A stretch of 64,000 bases of DNA from Deltaproteobacteria bacterium. GTDB taxonomy: Bacteria > Myxococcota_A > UBA9042 > DTJE01. The stretch spans positions 9,797 to 73,796 of the forward strand of contig JAKPOP010000020.1 in assembly GCA_029547805.1 (NCBI GenBank). The letters run 5' to 3'. Under the pieces are notes generated by a model. That model was not told the origin of the DNA, ran no database searches, and was given only the letters and a program-made list of their open reading frames with translations. This document shows positions 1 to 8,498 of this stretch, in pieces (within the stretch, counting starts at the first letter, position 1; every line of letters begins with the position of its first letter). The translations under genes were made by a program, and so were the position numbers.

Positions 1-19
1 ACGGCCTTCGGGGGTCTCG

Positions 20-2671
20 ATGCGCACGACGTTCCGACCCGCAATCCTGACGGTGGGATGGGCCCTGGGCATGGTCTGCTGTGGTGGAGGGGCGACGGGA
101 ATCAGCGACCCCGGGACCGACATCCTGGGGGCCTACGAACTGGTCCAACCCGATTACGGGACGAAGGACCTCGGCCAGGACGAGAGCCGCGACCCCGTCG
201 TCGTGGTGGATGCGGGCACGGACCTCCCGGCTCCCGGGACCTTCGGGGCCCCCTGTCTTGGAAATGCCGACTGCGAGAGCGGCTTCTGCGTCGAGGGCCC
301 CGACGGCCCCGTCTGCAGCCGGACCTGCGTGCTGGAGTGCCCGGAGGACTGGGCGTGCCGATCCACGTTGATCGGGTCCGACGTCGTCTCCCTCTGCATC
401 CCCCTGGGGGCGACGCTCTGCAAGCCCTGCCGGGTCCACACCCAGTGCGGAGGCGGGCTGTGCCTCGAACTTCCCGACGGGACCTTCTGCGGCCGGGACT
501 GCGCGGTGGCGCCCTGTCCCTCCGGCTATGACTGCCTGGACCTGGGAGAGGGGGAGGAGTCGGTGCGACAGTGCGTGCCCCACAGCCGCGCGTGCGACTG
601 CATGCCGGCCAACGCCGGGGAGGTGCGGGCCTGCGCGTGGTTCAATCCCTTCGGGGCCTGCCTGGGAGAGGAACACTGCGACCCGGAGGAGGGATGGGTC
701 TGTGAGGCGCCGGTTCCCGAGGCGGAACACTGCAACGGCCGGGACGACGACTGCGACGGGCTCGTGGACGAGGACTTTCCGGAGGTCGGGGAGGACTGCT
801 TCGCAGGCACCGGGGCCTGCCGGGTCCGGGGCCGCTTCGTCTGCCTGTCCGACGGGACGGGCGTGCGCTGCGACGCGGTCCCCGGATCCCCGATCGCCGA
901 GACCTGCAACGGCATCGACGACAACTGCAATGGCCAGATCGACGAAGACTTCCTGGTGAACGGGGCCTACCGGTCCGACCGGGCCTGCGGGTCCTGCTTC
1001 GTGGACTGCACGTCGCTGTTCACGCCCCAGGGTCACAACGCCCGGGGACGTTGCGATGCCACCGGCGCCCAGCCCCGGTGCACCTACGAGTGCCTCGACG
1101 GCCATGCCGATGCCAACGGTTTCCGGGATGACGGCTGCGAACTGAGGATCCCGGAGACCACGGTCTTCGTCGCCACCCCGGAGAACGGCGGCCGCGACGA
1201 CCTCCAATGCGGAACCTGGGAGAATCCCTGCGCGACGATCTCCTTCGCCATCGATCGGGCCATCGAGGACATGTTCACGGAGGTCCGGGTCAGCAGCGGC
1301 GTCTACGGGGAGAACCTGACCCTGATCGGCGGGATTTCGGTGAAGGGCGGCTATAGCCCCGTGGACTGGCAGCGGGACCCCAAGGCCAACCCGACCATCC
1401 TCCAGGCCGTCTCGTCAGGACCGGTCGGCAGCCACCGCAAGGCCGTGATCGCCCGTGGGATCCGGCAGCCGACGGAGTTCTCGGGGTTCACCGTGATCGG
1501 GGAGAACGATGACCGCCCCGTGGCAGGCCAGGTCGGCAGCAATTCCTATGGCCTCTGGCTCAAGGATTGCTCCTCGGCGCTGGTGATCCGGGACAATGCG
1601 ATCATCGCCGGCCGAGGCGCCCCGGGAGGGGATGGGAGCCCGGGCATCACCGGGACCAACGGACAGGATGGTGCCCGGGGGGGCGACTGCAGGAACAGCG
1701 AGTCCTACACGTGCAGCGGCGTCGCGGCACCGGGAGGGGCCGGCGGCTCCAGCACCTGCGGCAGCGGCGGCGGGAAGGGCGGCGATGCGGTCTGCCCTGC
1801 CGGGCAGAACCAGATGCCCGCGGGATCCCGAGGCGGTGGCCCGAGTGGAGGGGCCGGCGGGGCCGGGGGATATAGCGACACGGTCTCCGATGCCTGCAAT
1901 GTCTGCAGTTCGGGCGGAAAGACCGACTTCGGGTACGACGGGGCACGGGGCGGAAACGGGGCCGATGGAACCGCCGGCAGCGGCAGCACCGATGGCCGGG
2001 GGGGCCTTGCGAATGACGAGTGGATCGGGGGAACCGCCGCGGCAGGAGGGTCCGGAGGCCCCGGATCCGGTGGCGGAGGGGGCGGGGCTGGAGGAGGCGT
2101 GGATTTCCTGTCCTCGGCCTGCACCTTCTACGACCGCACGGGGACCGCTGGCGGCGGGGGCGGTTCTGGCGGATGCGGTGGCACCGGTGGAGGCCCCGGA
2201 CTGTCCGGAGGCGCCTCCATCGCCGTCTTCGTCCTCCAGACCGACGGAGCCCCGACGGGACTCCCGGTGCTGTCGGGCAATCTCGTTGTCCGGAACCGGG
2301 GAGGCGATGGCGGCCAGGGTGGCGCTGGCGGAGTCGGGGGCATCGGGGGGTCCGGAGGTATGGCGGGCGAGGTGGCCTGCGCGACCAACTCGTCGGGAAA
2401 CCCTTACTGGTTCATGCCCTGCATTGGCCAGGGAGGCACCGGCGGCGACGGCGGACGGGGCGGGTCCGGTGGCGGTGGAGGCGGCGGCAGCGGCGGGGCC
2501 TCCTACGGCATCCTGGGAATCGGCCTGTCCGGCGGTTCCCCGGACTGGTGCTCGTCCTCCCGCTTCGAGGCCCTCGGCGGTGGGGGACAGGGAGGCCTCG
2601 GGGGACCCTCGAACGGCAATCCGGGCCGGGCCGGCGTGACGGGCGATGCGGCCGACTGCCGACTCCAGTAG
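20..2671 (+). CDS. Secreted modular protein. It has an N-terminal signal or lipoprotein peptide, Myxococcales-type Cys-rich repeats (CNGRDDDCDGLVDE, CNGIDDNCNGQIDE), a central pectate-lyase-like beta-helix segment and a long Gly-rich C-terminal region with scattered Cys.
   Basis: ATG at 20 is followed by a hydrophobic N-terminus (MRTTFRPAILTVGWALGMVCCGGG). CxxC/CNGxDDxCxG repeat motifs are visible in the translation. The long ORF has GC3-biased codons. The in-frame sequence upstream to the window edge has no stop, so the 5' end could extend, but the signal-peptide-like start argues for 20. Confidence 0.6.
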   Translation: MRTTFRPAILTVGWALGMVCCGGGATGISDPGTDILGAYELVQPDYGTKDLGQDESRDPVVVVDAGTDLPAPGTFGAPCLGNADCESGFCVEGPDGPVCSRTCVLECPEDWACRSTLIGSDVVSLCIPLGATLCKPCRVHTQCGGGLCLELPDGTFCGRDCAVAPCPSGYDCLDLGEGEESVRQCVPHSRACDCMPANAGEVRACAWFNPFGACLGEEHCDPEEGWVCEAPVPEAEHCNGRDDDCDGLVDEDFPEVGEDCFAGTGACRVRGRFVCLSDGTGVRCDAVPGSPIAETCNGIDDNCNGQIDEDFLVNGAYRSDRACGSCFVDCTSLFTPQGHNARGRCDATGAQPRCTYECLDGHADANGFRDDGCELRIPETTVFVATPENGGRDDLQCGTWENPCATISFAIDRAIEDMFTEVRVSSGVYGENLTLIGGISVKGGYSPVDWQRDPKANPTILQAVSSGPVGSHRKAVIARGIRQPTEFSGFTVIGENDDRPVAGQVGSNSYGLWLKDCSSALVIRDNAIIAGRGAPGGDGSPGITGTNGQDGARGGDCRNSESYTCSGVAAPGGAGGSSTCGSGGGKGGDAVCPAGQNQMPAGSRGGGPSGGAGGAGGYSDTVSDACNVCSSGGKTDFGYDGARGGNGADGTAGSGSTDGRGGLANDEWIGGTAAAGGSGGPGSGGGGGGAGGGVDFLSSACTFYDRTGTAGGGGGSGGCGGTGGGPGLSGGASIAVFVLQTDGAPTGLPVLSGNLVVRNRGGDGGQGGAGGVGGIGGSGGMAGEVACATNSSGNPYWFMPCIGQGGTGGDGGRGGSGGGGGGGSGGASYGILGIGLSGGSPDWCSSSRFEALGGGGQGGLGGPSNGNPGRAGVTGDAADCRLQ
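1600..2660 (+). repeat. Gly-rich low-complexity coding region (GGxGGxGG tracts) in the C-terminal third of the first gene.
   Basis: ggcggc/ggaggc codon runs are visible, and the translation is over 45% Gly. Confidence 0.5.
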
Positions 2672-2822
2672 CCCTCCGCCGGGTCCCGGGAGTTCGGAAA
2701 CGACAGGGGAATCACGAAGCCCCCTCGCACCCGCGGCGACGGATTTGGGGTCGCTCTCCCATTGACTTCCAGGGGGCATTGGAACAAGGTTCGACCGACG
2801 AGGCCCTTGCAAAGGAGCGGGC

Positions 2823-5800
2823 ATGAGACCCCGGTCGTTGTGGATCCTGTGCACCCCTGCATGGCTGCTGGTGGGATGCGGACCGGAGCCCGCCGGTATC
2901 GCCCCCACGCGGCCCGGCGGCGGTCCCCTGGTGGTGTGGGACGCCGAGGCCCGTCCCCTGCCGGAAATCCCCTTCCCGAACGACAGCGCCACGAGGCTCG
3001 ACCCCACCACCGCCACGGGCCGTCGGGTCAACGTGGCCCTGGTGGGCAGCACCCGGCTGGAAAACAAGATCCGGGAAAAGGCCAACGAACTCGATGGCTT
3101 CGGCACCTTCGCGCCCCTCTGGGTCTCCTTCACCGACGAGATCGACGTGACGGACTTCGCCCGACGCCATCGGGACAACCGGGATTTCACCGACGACGCG
3201 GTCTATCTGGTGGACATCGACCCGGCGTCCCCCGAGTTCGGTCGGCCGATGCCGCTGGACGCGGGCCAGGGCAACGTGCCCCTGGGACTCGAGTGGCCCT
3301 GGCAGTACTGGGACTTCGACCCCCATGCCGACTCGCCGCAACTGCTCTTCGAGACCCATGACGAGGACACGAACCACAACGGCATCCTGGACCCTTACGA
3401 GGACATCGACTTCGACGGCGTGCTGGATCGCCCGAACACCTTCAGCGGCCAGGACCCCGGTCCTCGGGGCATCGATGACGTGATTTCTTTCTGGGAGCGC
3501 CAGACCCGGACCTTGTTCCTGTGGCCCGTGGCGCCGCTCCGGGAGCACGGACGCTATGCGGTCGTGCTGACGGACCGCCTCAAGGACCCCCTGGGCCAGC
3601 CGGTCCGGTCCCCCTTCCCCTACGTGAATCCCCTGGACCAGACCGAGGCCCTGGCGCCCCTGGGGGACATCCTCAAACGCCCCGAGTACGGCGGCCTCAC
3701 ACTGGATCAGGTGGCCTTCGCCTGGACCTTCACCACCCAGACGATCACCCCGGAACTCCAGGCCATCCGCCAGGGTCTCTATGGCACCGGCCCACTGGAC
3801 TGGCTCCGGGAGTCCTTCCCGCCGGACCTGGAGCCCCGGCCCGTCCAGGACCCGGACACCGACGGCACGCCTCCCGAGAGACCCTACATGCTGCCCACGG
3901 ACGTCCTGATGCCCCTGATCGGGATCCTGGGCCCCCTGCTCACCTACCCCCCGGAGGTCGTCACGGCCCTCCAGGAGGACACGGCCCACGTGGACTACTG
4001 GGTCGTCGGGGAGTTCACGACGCCCTGGTTCCTGGTGGACCGGGACGGTCTGGCCACCCAGGCCTACCCGGCCGACGAGAACGAGTCCTTCGGCATCGAC
4101 CTCCGGAAGGGGTCGGCGTGGGTGGGGCCCCAGCGGGCCACGTTCCTCTGCTCCGTGCCCAAGGCCACGGACCAGCACAAGCCCCCCTTCCCGGTGATGG
4201 TCTATGGTCATGGGTTCAGTGGGGCGCCGTTCGAGGTCTTCGGCTTCGCGGGGCGGATGGCCCGCCTGGGATGGGCCCTCTGCGGGCTCGATGCCCCGGG
4301 ACACGGCCTGGCGCTGCCCTCCGACGAGGACATCGACTGGAACGGGCTGGTGACGGGCCTCGCGGGAGACCTCTACCTCAAGACCTTCTACCAGTCGTTC
4401 TCCATCGGCCGCATCCGGGACCTGGACAACGACGGCGTCCGGTCGTCCTTCGACAACGGTGGGGACTTCTGGTGCGCCGACATCAGCCACACCCGGGACA
4501 TGGTGCGGCAGGCGGTGGTGGACCACATGCAGTTCATCCGGATGCTGCGGAGCCTCGGCACCGGCGAGGCGGCCCCCTGGAAGGCCGACGCGAACGGAGA
4601 CGGCAACGCCAACGATCTGGCCGGGGACTTCAACGGCGACGGCATCGTGGACTTCGGGACCCCGGCGAACCCCTGGGTCCCCATCTGGGGCCAGTCGATG
4701 GGGGCCTTCATCGCCGAGATCGCCGCTGCGATGGACCCGGCGGTCTCCGCGGCGACCCCGGTCTCCGGCGGAGGCGGCCTGATCAGTGCCGGAATGCGGT
4801 CCACCAATCCCGGCGTCCCGGAGGGGGTCTGGATGCCGATGATGGGTCCGATGGTGGTCTTCACCCCGAAGGACGACGGAACGACGGAGATCGCCTGGCT
4901 CATCAACCACCTCCACCGGGAGTACCACCCGCCCCTCAAGGAAGGCGAGGACCGGCCCGAGGGCCGTCCACACTACTACCCCTTCGCCCGGGTGACCTCC
5001 CTGCAGCCCGGGGACACGGTGGTGGTCCGCAATCTCACGAATGGCGAGGTGCGCCGGGGGTTCCGGGCGCCGGTCCGGGAAGGACCTGCCACCACGGACT
5101 GCGCCGGGGACGCGGCCTGCCAGGCCGAGCGGGTCTCCTGCCAGGTGGACCCGGATCACCGCAACCTGCCAACCTGCGCCCGGTGGCGCGGATTTCGGGT
5201 CTCCCTTCCCTGCGACGCCCTGAGCGCCATCGAGAAGCGCGGGGTGCTGGGTCTCAAGGACGGCGACACCCGTCCCGTTCCCGTCTCGTGCCCCCCCGGG
5301 TCCTGGACGGTCCCGGTGGACGGCGATGGGAAGCCCACGGGTCCTGCGAACTGCGACACCCCCCCGGCCGGGGCCGCCGCGTCCGACCCGAAGCGATCCC
5401 TGCTGTTCGGGGACCAGGTCCGCATCGAGATCTACTCCGGCTGGGTCGAGGACCCGGAGAAGGCCACCCCGAAGGAGGTCGTGGACACCTTCCGGATCCC
5501 GGTGACCTTCGATGGGGCGATCTTTCCCGAGGGCGCCCCGCTGGTGGCCATCGGCCAGGGGCTTGGAAGGCCCCGGAACACCCCGGAGTTCCGTCGGCTG
5601 ATCGGGATTGCCGGGGCCCTGGTGGAACGGGGAGACCCCATCGCCTATGCCCGTACCTTCCCCAGGCGCCTGGACTGCGGCTGCGGGTATGACGAGTTGT
5701 CCTGTCCCGACGGTTCCTGTCCGAACCCCCAGGTGAACATGGTGATCTACCACGCGGTGGGGGACCCGAACGTCTCCATCGGGGCCAGCATGGCCCTGGC

Positions 5801-6326
5801 CCGGGGCGCCCGCATCCTGGAGTACCAGGGCGATTTCCCGACGCCCAATGACCTCCTGCTGGGGGCCCATGTCGAGGAAGCGGTGGAGGCCTATCGCCGG
5901 CACCTCAGCACCCGATGGACGCTGGCCGACTGGGCAGCGAACCGACCGTTCCTGAAGGATCCCCGCTGGCCCGACGAGTTCACGAAGGACCTCGCGGTGG
6001 ACCCCGCGGCGCCGTTGCCCCTCCACGCGGACCCCGACAACGTGGACGAGGGCCTGGATCCCTTCGGGGAGCCAGCGGTGCCGGGCTACGTCCGGGCGAC
6101 TCGCTGGACCCCCGATGGCTACCAGGGGCTCCGCTTCCCCTACACCTATCCCCTGGGGGCCCACGGCGTGGAGCCCTCGAATCCCTCCCGGCAGTTCAAC
6201 ATCAACAACTACTTCGAGAATCAGGCCGCCGTCTTCCTGGTCACCGGGGGGAGGACCTTGCTGGAGTCCCCGTGTCTGGCCGACTCCTCCTGCCCCCAGT
6301 TGCCCGACCCGATCCGCAAGCGCTGA
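2823..6326 (+). CDS. Large secreted lipoprotein of 1167 aa with an alpha/beta-hydrolase (esterase/lipase-like) core. The motifs seen are YGHGFSG and the nucleophile-elbow GQSMG.
   Basis: The lipobox is LLVGC right after the N-terminal hydrophobic stretch. The GxSxG motif GQSMG is preceded by HGF. The long ORF has consistent codon bias. The competing ORF 3521..5692 in another frame is Pro/Arg/Gly junk. Confidence 0.65.
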   Translation: MRPRSLWILCTPAWLLVGCGPEPAGIAPTRPGGGPLVVWDAEARPLPEIPFPNDSATRLDPTTATGRRVNVALVGSTRLENKIREKANELDGFGTFAPLWVSFTDEIDVTDFARRHRDNRDFTDDAVYLVDIDPASPEFGRPMPLDAGQGNVPLGLEWPWQYWDFDPHADSPQLLFETHDEDTNHNGILDPYEDIDFDGVLDRPNTFSGQDPGPRGIDDVISFWERQTRTLFLWPVAPLREHGRYAVVLTDRLKDPLGQPVRSPFPYVNPLDQTEALAPLGDILKRPEYGGLTLDQVAFAWTFTTQTITPELQAIRQGLYGTGPLDWLRESFPPDLEPRPVQDPDTDGTPPERPYMLPTDVLMPLIGILGPLLTYPPEVVTALQEDTAHVDYWVVGEFTTPWFLVDRDGLATQAYPADENESFGIDLRKGSAWVGPQRATFLCSVPKATDQHKPPFPVMVYGHGFSGAPFEVFGFAGRMARLGWALCGLDAPGHGLALPSDEDIDWNGLVTGLAGDLYLKTFYQSFSIGRIRDLDNDGVRSSFDNGGDFWCADISHTRDMVRQAVVDHMQFIRMLRSLGTGEAAPWKADANGDGNANDLAGDFNGDGIVDFGTPANPWVPIWGQSMGAFIAEIAAAMDPAVSAATPVSGGGGLISAGMRSTNPGVPEGVWMPMMGPMVVFTPKDDGTTEIAWLINHLHREYHPPLKEGEDRPEGRPHYYPFARVTSLQPGDTVVVRNLTNGEVRRGFRAPVREGPATTDCAGDAACQAERVSCQVDPDHRNLPTCARWRGFRVSLPCDALSAIEKRGVLGLKDGDTRPVPVSCPPGSWTVPVDGDGKPTGPANCDTPPAGAAASDPKRSLLFGDQVRIEIYSGWVEDPEKATPKEVVDTFRIPVTFDGAIFPEGAPLVAIGQGLGRPRNTPEFRRLIGIAGALVERGDPIAYARTFPRRLDCGCGYDELSCPDGSCPNPQVNMVIYHAVGDPNVSIGASMALARGARILEYQGDFPTPNDLLLGAHVEEAVEAYRRHLSTRWTLADWAANRPFLKDPRWPDEFTKDLAVDPAAPLPLHADPDNVDEGLDPFGEPAVPGYVRATRWTPDGYQGLRFPYTYPLGAHGVEPSNPSRQFNINNYFENQAAVFLVTGGRTLLESPCLADSSCPQLPDPIRKR

Positions 6327-6335
6327 CCTGTCGGA

Positions 6336-6614
6336 TCAGCCGAACCGATAGTGCTTGCGCACCGGTGCCAGGACCTTCCAGGTGCACTGGAGCCCCCGGG
6401 CAAAGGTCACCAGGTCCCCTTTCCCGAAACGGGCCCGCTCGGTGCCATCGGCCGCGACGACCTCCACGTCGCCGTCCAGAAACCAGCAGGTCTCCTCCTC
6501 GTCGTAGAACCACTCGAACTCGCTGACCTCCTTGGTCCAGATCGGCCATCCGCGGACCCCCAGCCGGTCCAGCAGTTCCGGTCCGGGGTCATGGATCACC
6601 TGGATGCGGCTCAT
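6336..6614 (-). CDS. Small cupin-fold protein (cupin_3/DUF861-like), about 92 aa. The start is at the internal MSRIQV.
   Basis: The motif is EVSEFEWFYDEEETCWFLDGDVEV...GDLVTFARGLQCTWKV. The Shine-Dalgarno GGGAGGG lies directly upstream of the internal ATG. The longer N-terminal extension would overlap the TPR gene's start region. Confidence 0.6.
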   Translation of the reverse strand: MSRIQVIHDPGPELLDRLGVRGWPIWTKEVSEFEWFYDEEETCWFLDGDVEVVAADGTERARFGKGDLVTFARGLQCTWKVLAPVRKHYRFG

Positions 6615-6794
6615 GGTCCCTCCCTCCTGAAGAACAGAAGGATTCTTCCATGCGGACCGACGGCTGAAAAGGCCCCGGGAGGACGCTGGCAGGATGCCCC
6701 CGACGTCGAGGGGCTTCCTGGTTCCGGGGACCTCCGCGAGGTGGACGATCGCCATGGCCCTGCTACACTTGGACAGCCCGGGCGGAGGGATGGG

Positions 6795-8498
6795 ATGATG
6801 GGGCGCGGGATTCCCTGGATGCTGGCGATGGTGACGGCGGCGGCGGCAGTGCCGTCCGCAGTCGGATCACCCCCGACGTATCGGCCCTTCCTGGTGCTGG
6901 CCCCGGGATCCGAGGCCCTGTTCCTCGACCTCCTGCGCAGCGATCGTCCCGGCCTCCCGAAGGGTTGGACCCTGGAATCGATCGGCATCGAAGGACACCG
7001 GGCCCGAGCGACCTGGCAGGGACCCGGAGGCCGAACCGCGACCCTGGACCTCCTTCCCCCGGGGTCCGAGGGGCCCCAAGTGGTGGGCCGGACCCCCTGG
7101 GCCACCCTCCGGGTGCCGGACCCCAGGGCGGCTCCCCCCCGGGGCCTGATCCGGGCGGTGCTGGACCGGTTGTCGAGGCAGAGACCCAGGATTCCCTGGG
7201 AACGTCGGGTGGACCCCCTGGCGGTCCCGGCGGAGACCATCAACCGCCCGCGCCTCTCTCCGGGTTCGGGACCGGGAGCCGCCGAACTGGAACAGGCGGC
7301 CCAGGACCTCCGGAACGGGGGTCGGGAAGAGGCCCTGACCCGGATCGAACGGGTCCTGGGAATGCAGGACCTGGACCGACAGGCGATCCGCTTCGGGGCT
7401 CGCCTGCTCCGGGGGGCGGGAGAGGCCGCCCGGGCCCTGCCGTCCTGGGAGCGGACCGTTGGCGCCACCGGCGCCGCCATCTCACCGGAGGAGGCCCTGG
7501 AGTTCGTGGCGACCCTGGAGGCGGCGGGCCGCACCGAAACGGCTGCCCAGGTGGCCCGGGAACAGGCCGCCCGGAATCCCGATCGCTTCCCGTCGCCGTC
7601 CTGCCTCCGGGCCGAGGCCCTGGCCCTGCTGATCCGGGAAGGGACGTCCGTGGACGCGATGGTGGGGAACGGCCCGTTCCCCCTGGACCCCTCTCGGGGG
7701 CCGGCGTCCCGCTGCGCCTGGCTGCTGCAGTTGCACCGGGACACCGCGAGGAAGGACGGCGATGCGGTGATTCGGACCGCCCGGGCGGCCCTGGAGGCCT
7801 TCCCGGAGGACCGGGACATCCTGTACCTGTGGGGGCATTTCTTCTTCGTGCAGCACCGACTGGACCAGGCCCTGGACCCCTGGGACCGCCTCGCGGCCCT
7901 GGAGCCCACCTATCCCTCTCTCATGAGCCTCTACGGCACCGCCTATCTGGTATCGGGACGATTGCAGAAGGAGGGCATCGAGGCCCTGCTGGACCGCCAT
8001 CGCAAGCGTCCCGACGACGCAGTGGCCGCCTACCTGGCGGGACTCGGGCTGTTCTACCAGAAGGAGTACCCCCGGGTGATCCCCCTCCTGACCCAGGCGG
8101 CGGCGGCGGTCCCCGAGGACCCGAGACCGGCGATGTACCTGGCGATGGCCTACTTCTTCACCGGCGATCGGGACGAGGCGGTCCGGATCCTGGAGGGCCT
8201 GGAGCGCTTCACCTGGCAGGAACCGGACATCAACTACTGCCGTTCCCTGGTCTATCGATCCACGGACCTCCCCCGGGCGATCCGGGAGATGGAGACCTTC
8301 CTCCGGGTCTTCGAGGGGGAGGACCGGGTCAGTTTCGGGCCCCAGAAGGTCCAGAAGGCCCGCAGCGACCTGGAACGCATGCGTCGGGGGGAGGTGCCGG
8401 AGGTCTTTCTGCCCCAGCCCGACGGCTGGGATGCGCCGGTCCTGGAGGTGCAGCAGCGAATCGCCCCGCCCCACCCGGAGGCCGGCCATGACCCGTGA
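6795..8498 (+). CDS. Secreted TPR-repeat protein of about 567 aa.
   Basis: The Shine-Dalgarno GGAGGG sits 5 nt upstream of ATG 6795. The N-terminus MMGRGIPWMLAMVTAAAAVPSAVG is a signal peptide. Multiple TPR-like helical repeats occur in the C-terminal two-thirds. The gene overlaps the next gene by 11 nt. Confidence 0.6.
   Translation: MMGRGIPWMLAMVTAAAAVPSAVGSPPTYRPFLVLAPGSEALFLDLLRSDRPGLPKGWTLESIGIEGHRARATWQGPGGRTATLDLLPPGSEGPQVVGRTPWATLRVPDPRAAPPRGLIRAVLDRLSRQRPRIPWERRVDPLAVPAETINRPRLSPGSGPGAAELEQAAQDLRNGGREEALTRIERVLGMQDLDRQAIRFGARLLRGAGEAARALPSWERTVGATGAAISPEEALEFVATLEAAGRTETAAQVAREQAARNPDRFPSPSCLRAEALALLIREGTSVDAMVGNGPFPLDPSRGPASRCAWLLQLHRDTARKDGDAVIRTARAALEAFPEDRDILYLWGHFFFVQHRLDQALDPWDRLAALEPTYPSLMSLYGTAYLVSGRLQKEGIEALLDRHRKRPDDAVAAYLAGLGLFYQKEYPRVIPLLTQAAAAVPEDPRPAMYLAMAYFFTGDRDEAVRILEGLERFTWQEPDINYCRSLVYRSTDLPRAIREMETFLRVFEGEDRVSFGPQKVQKARSDLERMRRGEVPEVFLPQPDGWDAPVLEVQQRIAPPHPEAGHDP

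Noticed and set aside
3521-5692. 723-aa same-strand ORF in a different frame inside the hydrolase gene.
   Set aside because: It is PG-rich junk. The 2823..6326 frame carries the lipobox and GxSxG motifs.
2712-6164. 1150-aa ORF antisense to the lipoprotein hydrolase gene. Similar very long antisense or alternate-frame ORFs occur at 12330-16925 (+), 16492-19443 (-), 21286-23373 (-), 1415-3190 (-), 26538-28967 (+) and 42543-44150 (+).
   Set aside because: At about 70% GC, stop codons are rare in all frames. These translations are Pro/Arg/Gly-rich low complexity with no motifs, signal peptides or Shine-Dalgarno sequences. Each is fully overlapped by a gene with clear catalytic motifs on the other strand or frame.
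6322-6340. Short inverted repeat (GCTGA-N9-TCAGC) between the convergent hydrolase and cupin genes, a possible bidirectional terminator.
   Set aside because: Only a 5-bp stem with a 9-nt loop and no U-tract. It is too weak to call.
6351-6794. N-terminal 148-codon extension of the TPR ORF.
   Set aside because: It would overlap the convergent cupin gene entirely. A strong Shine-Dalgarno and signal peptide occur at the internal ATG 6795.
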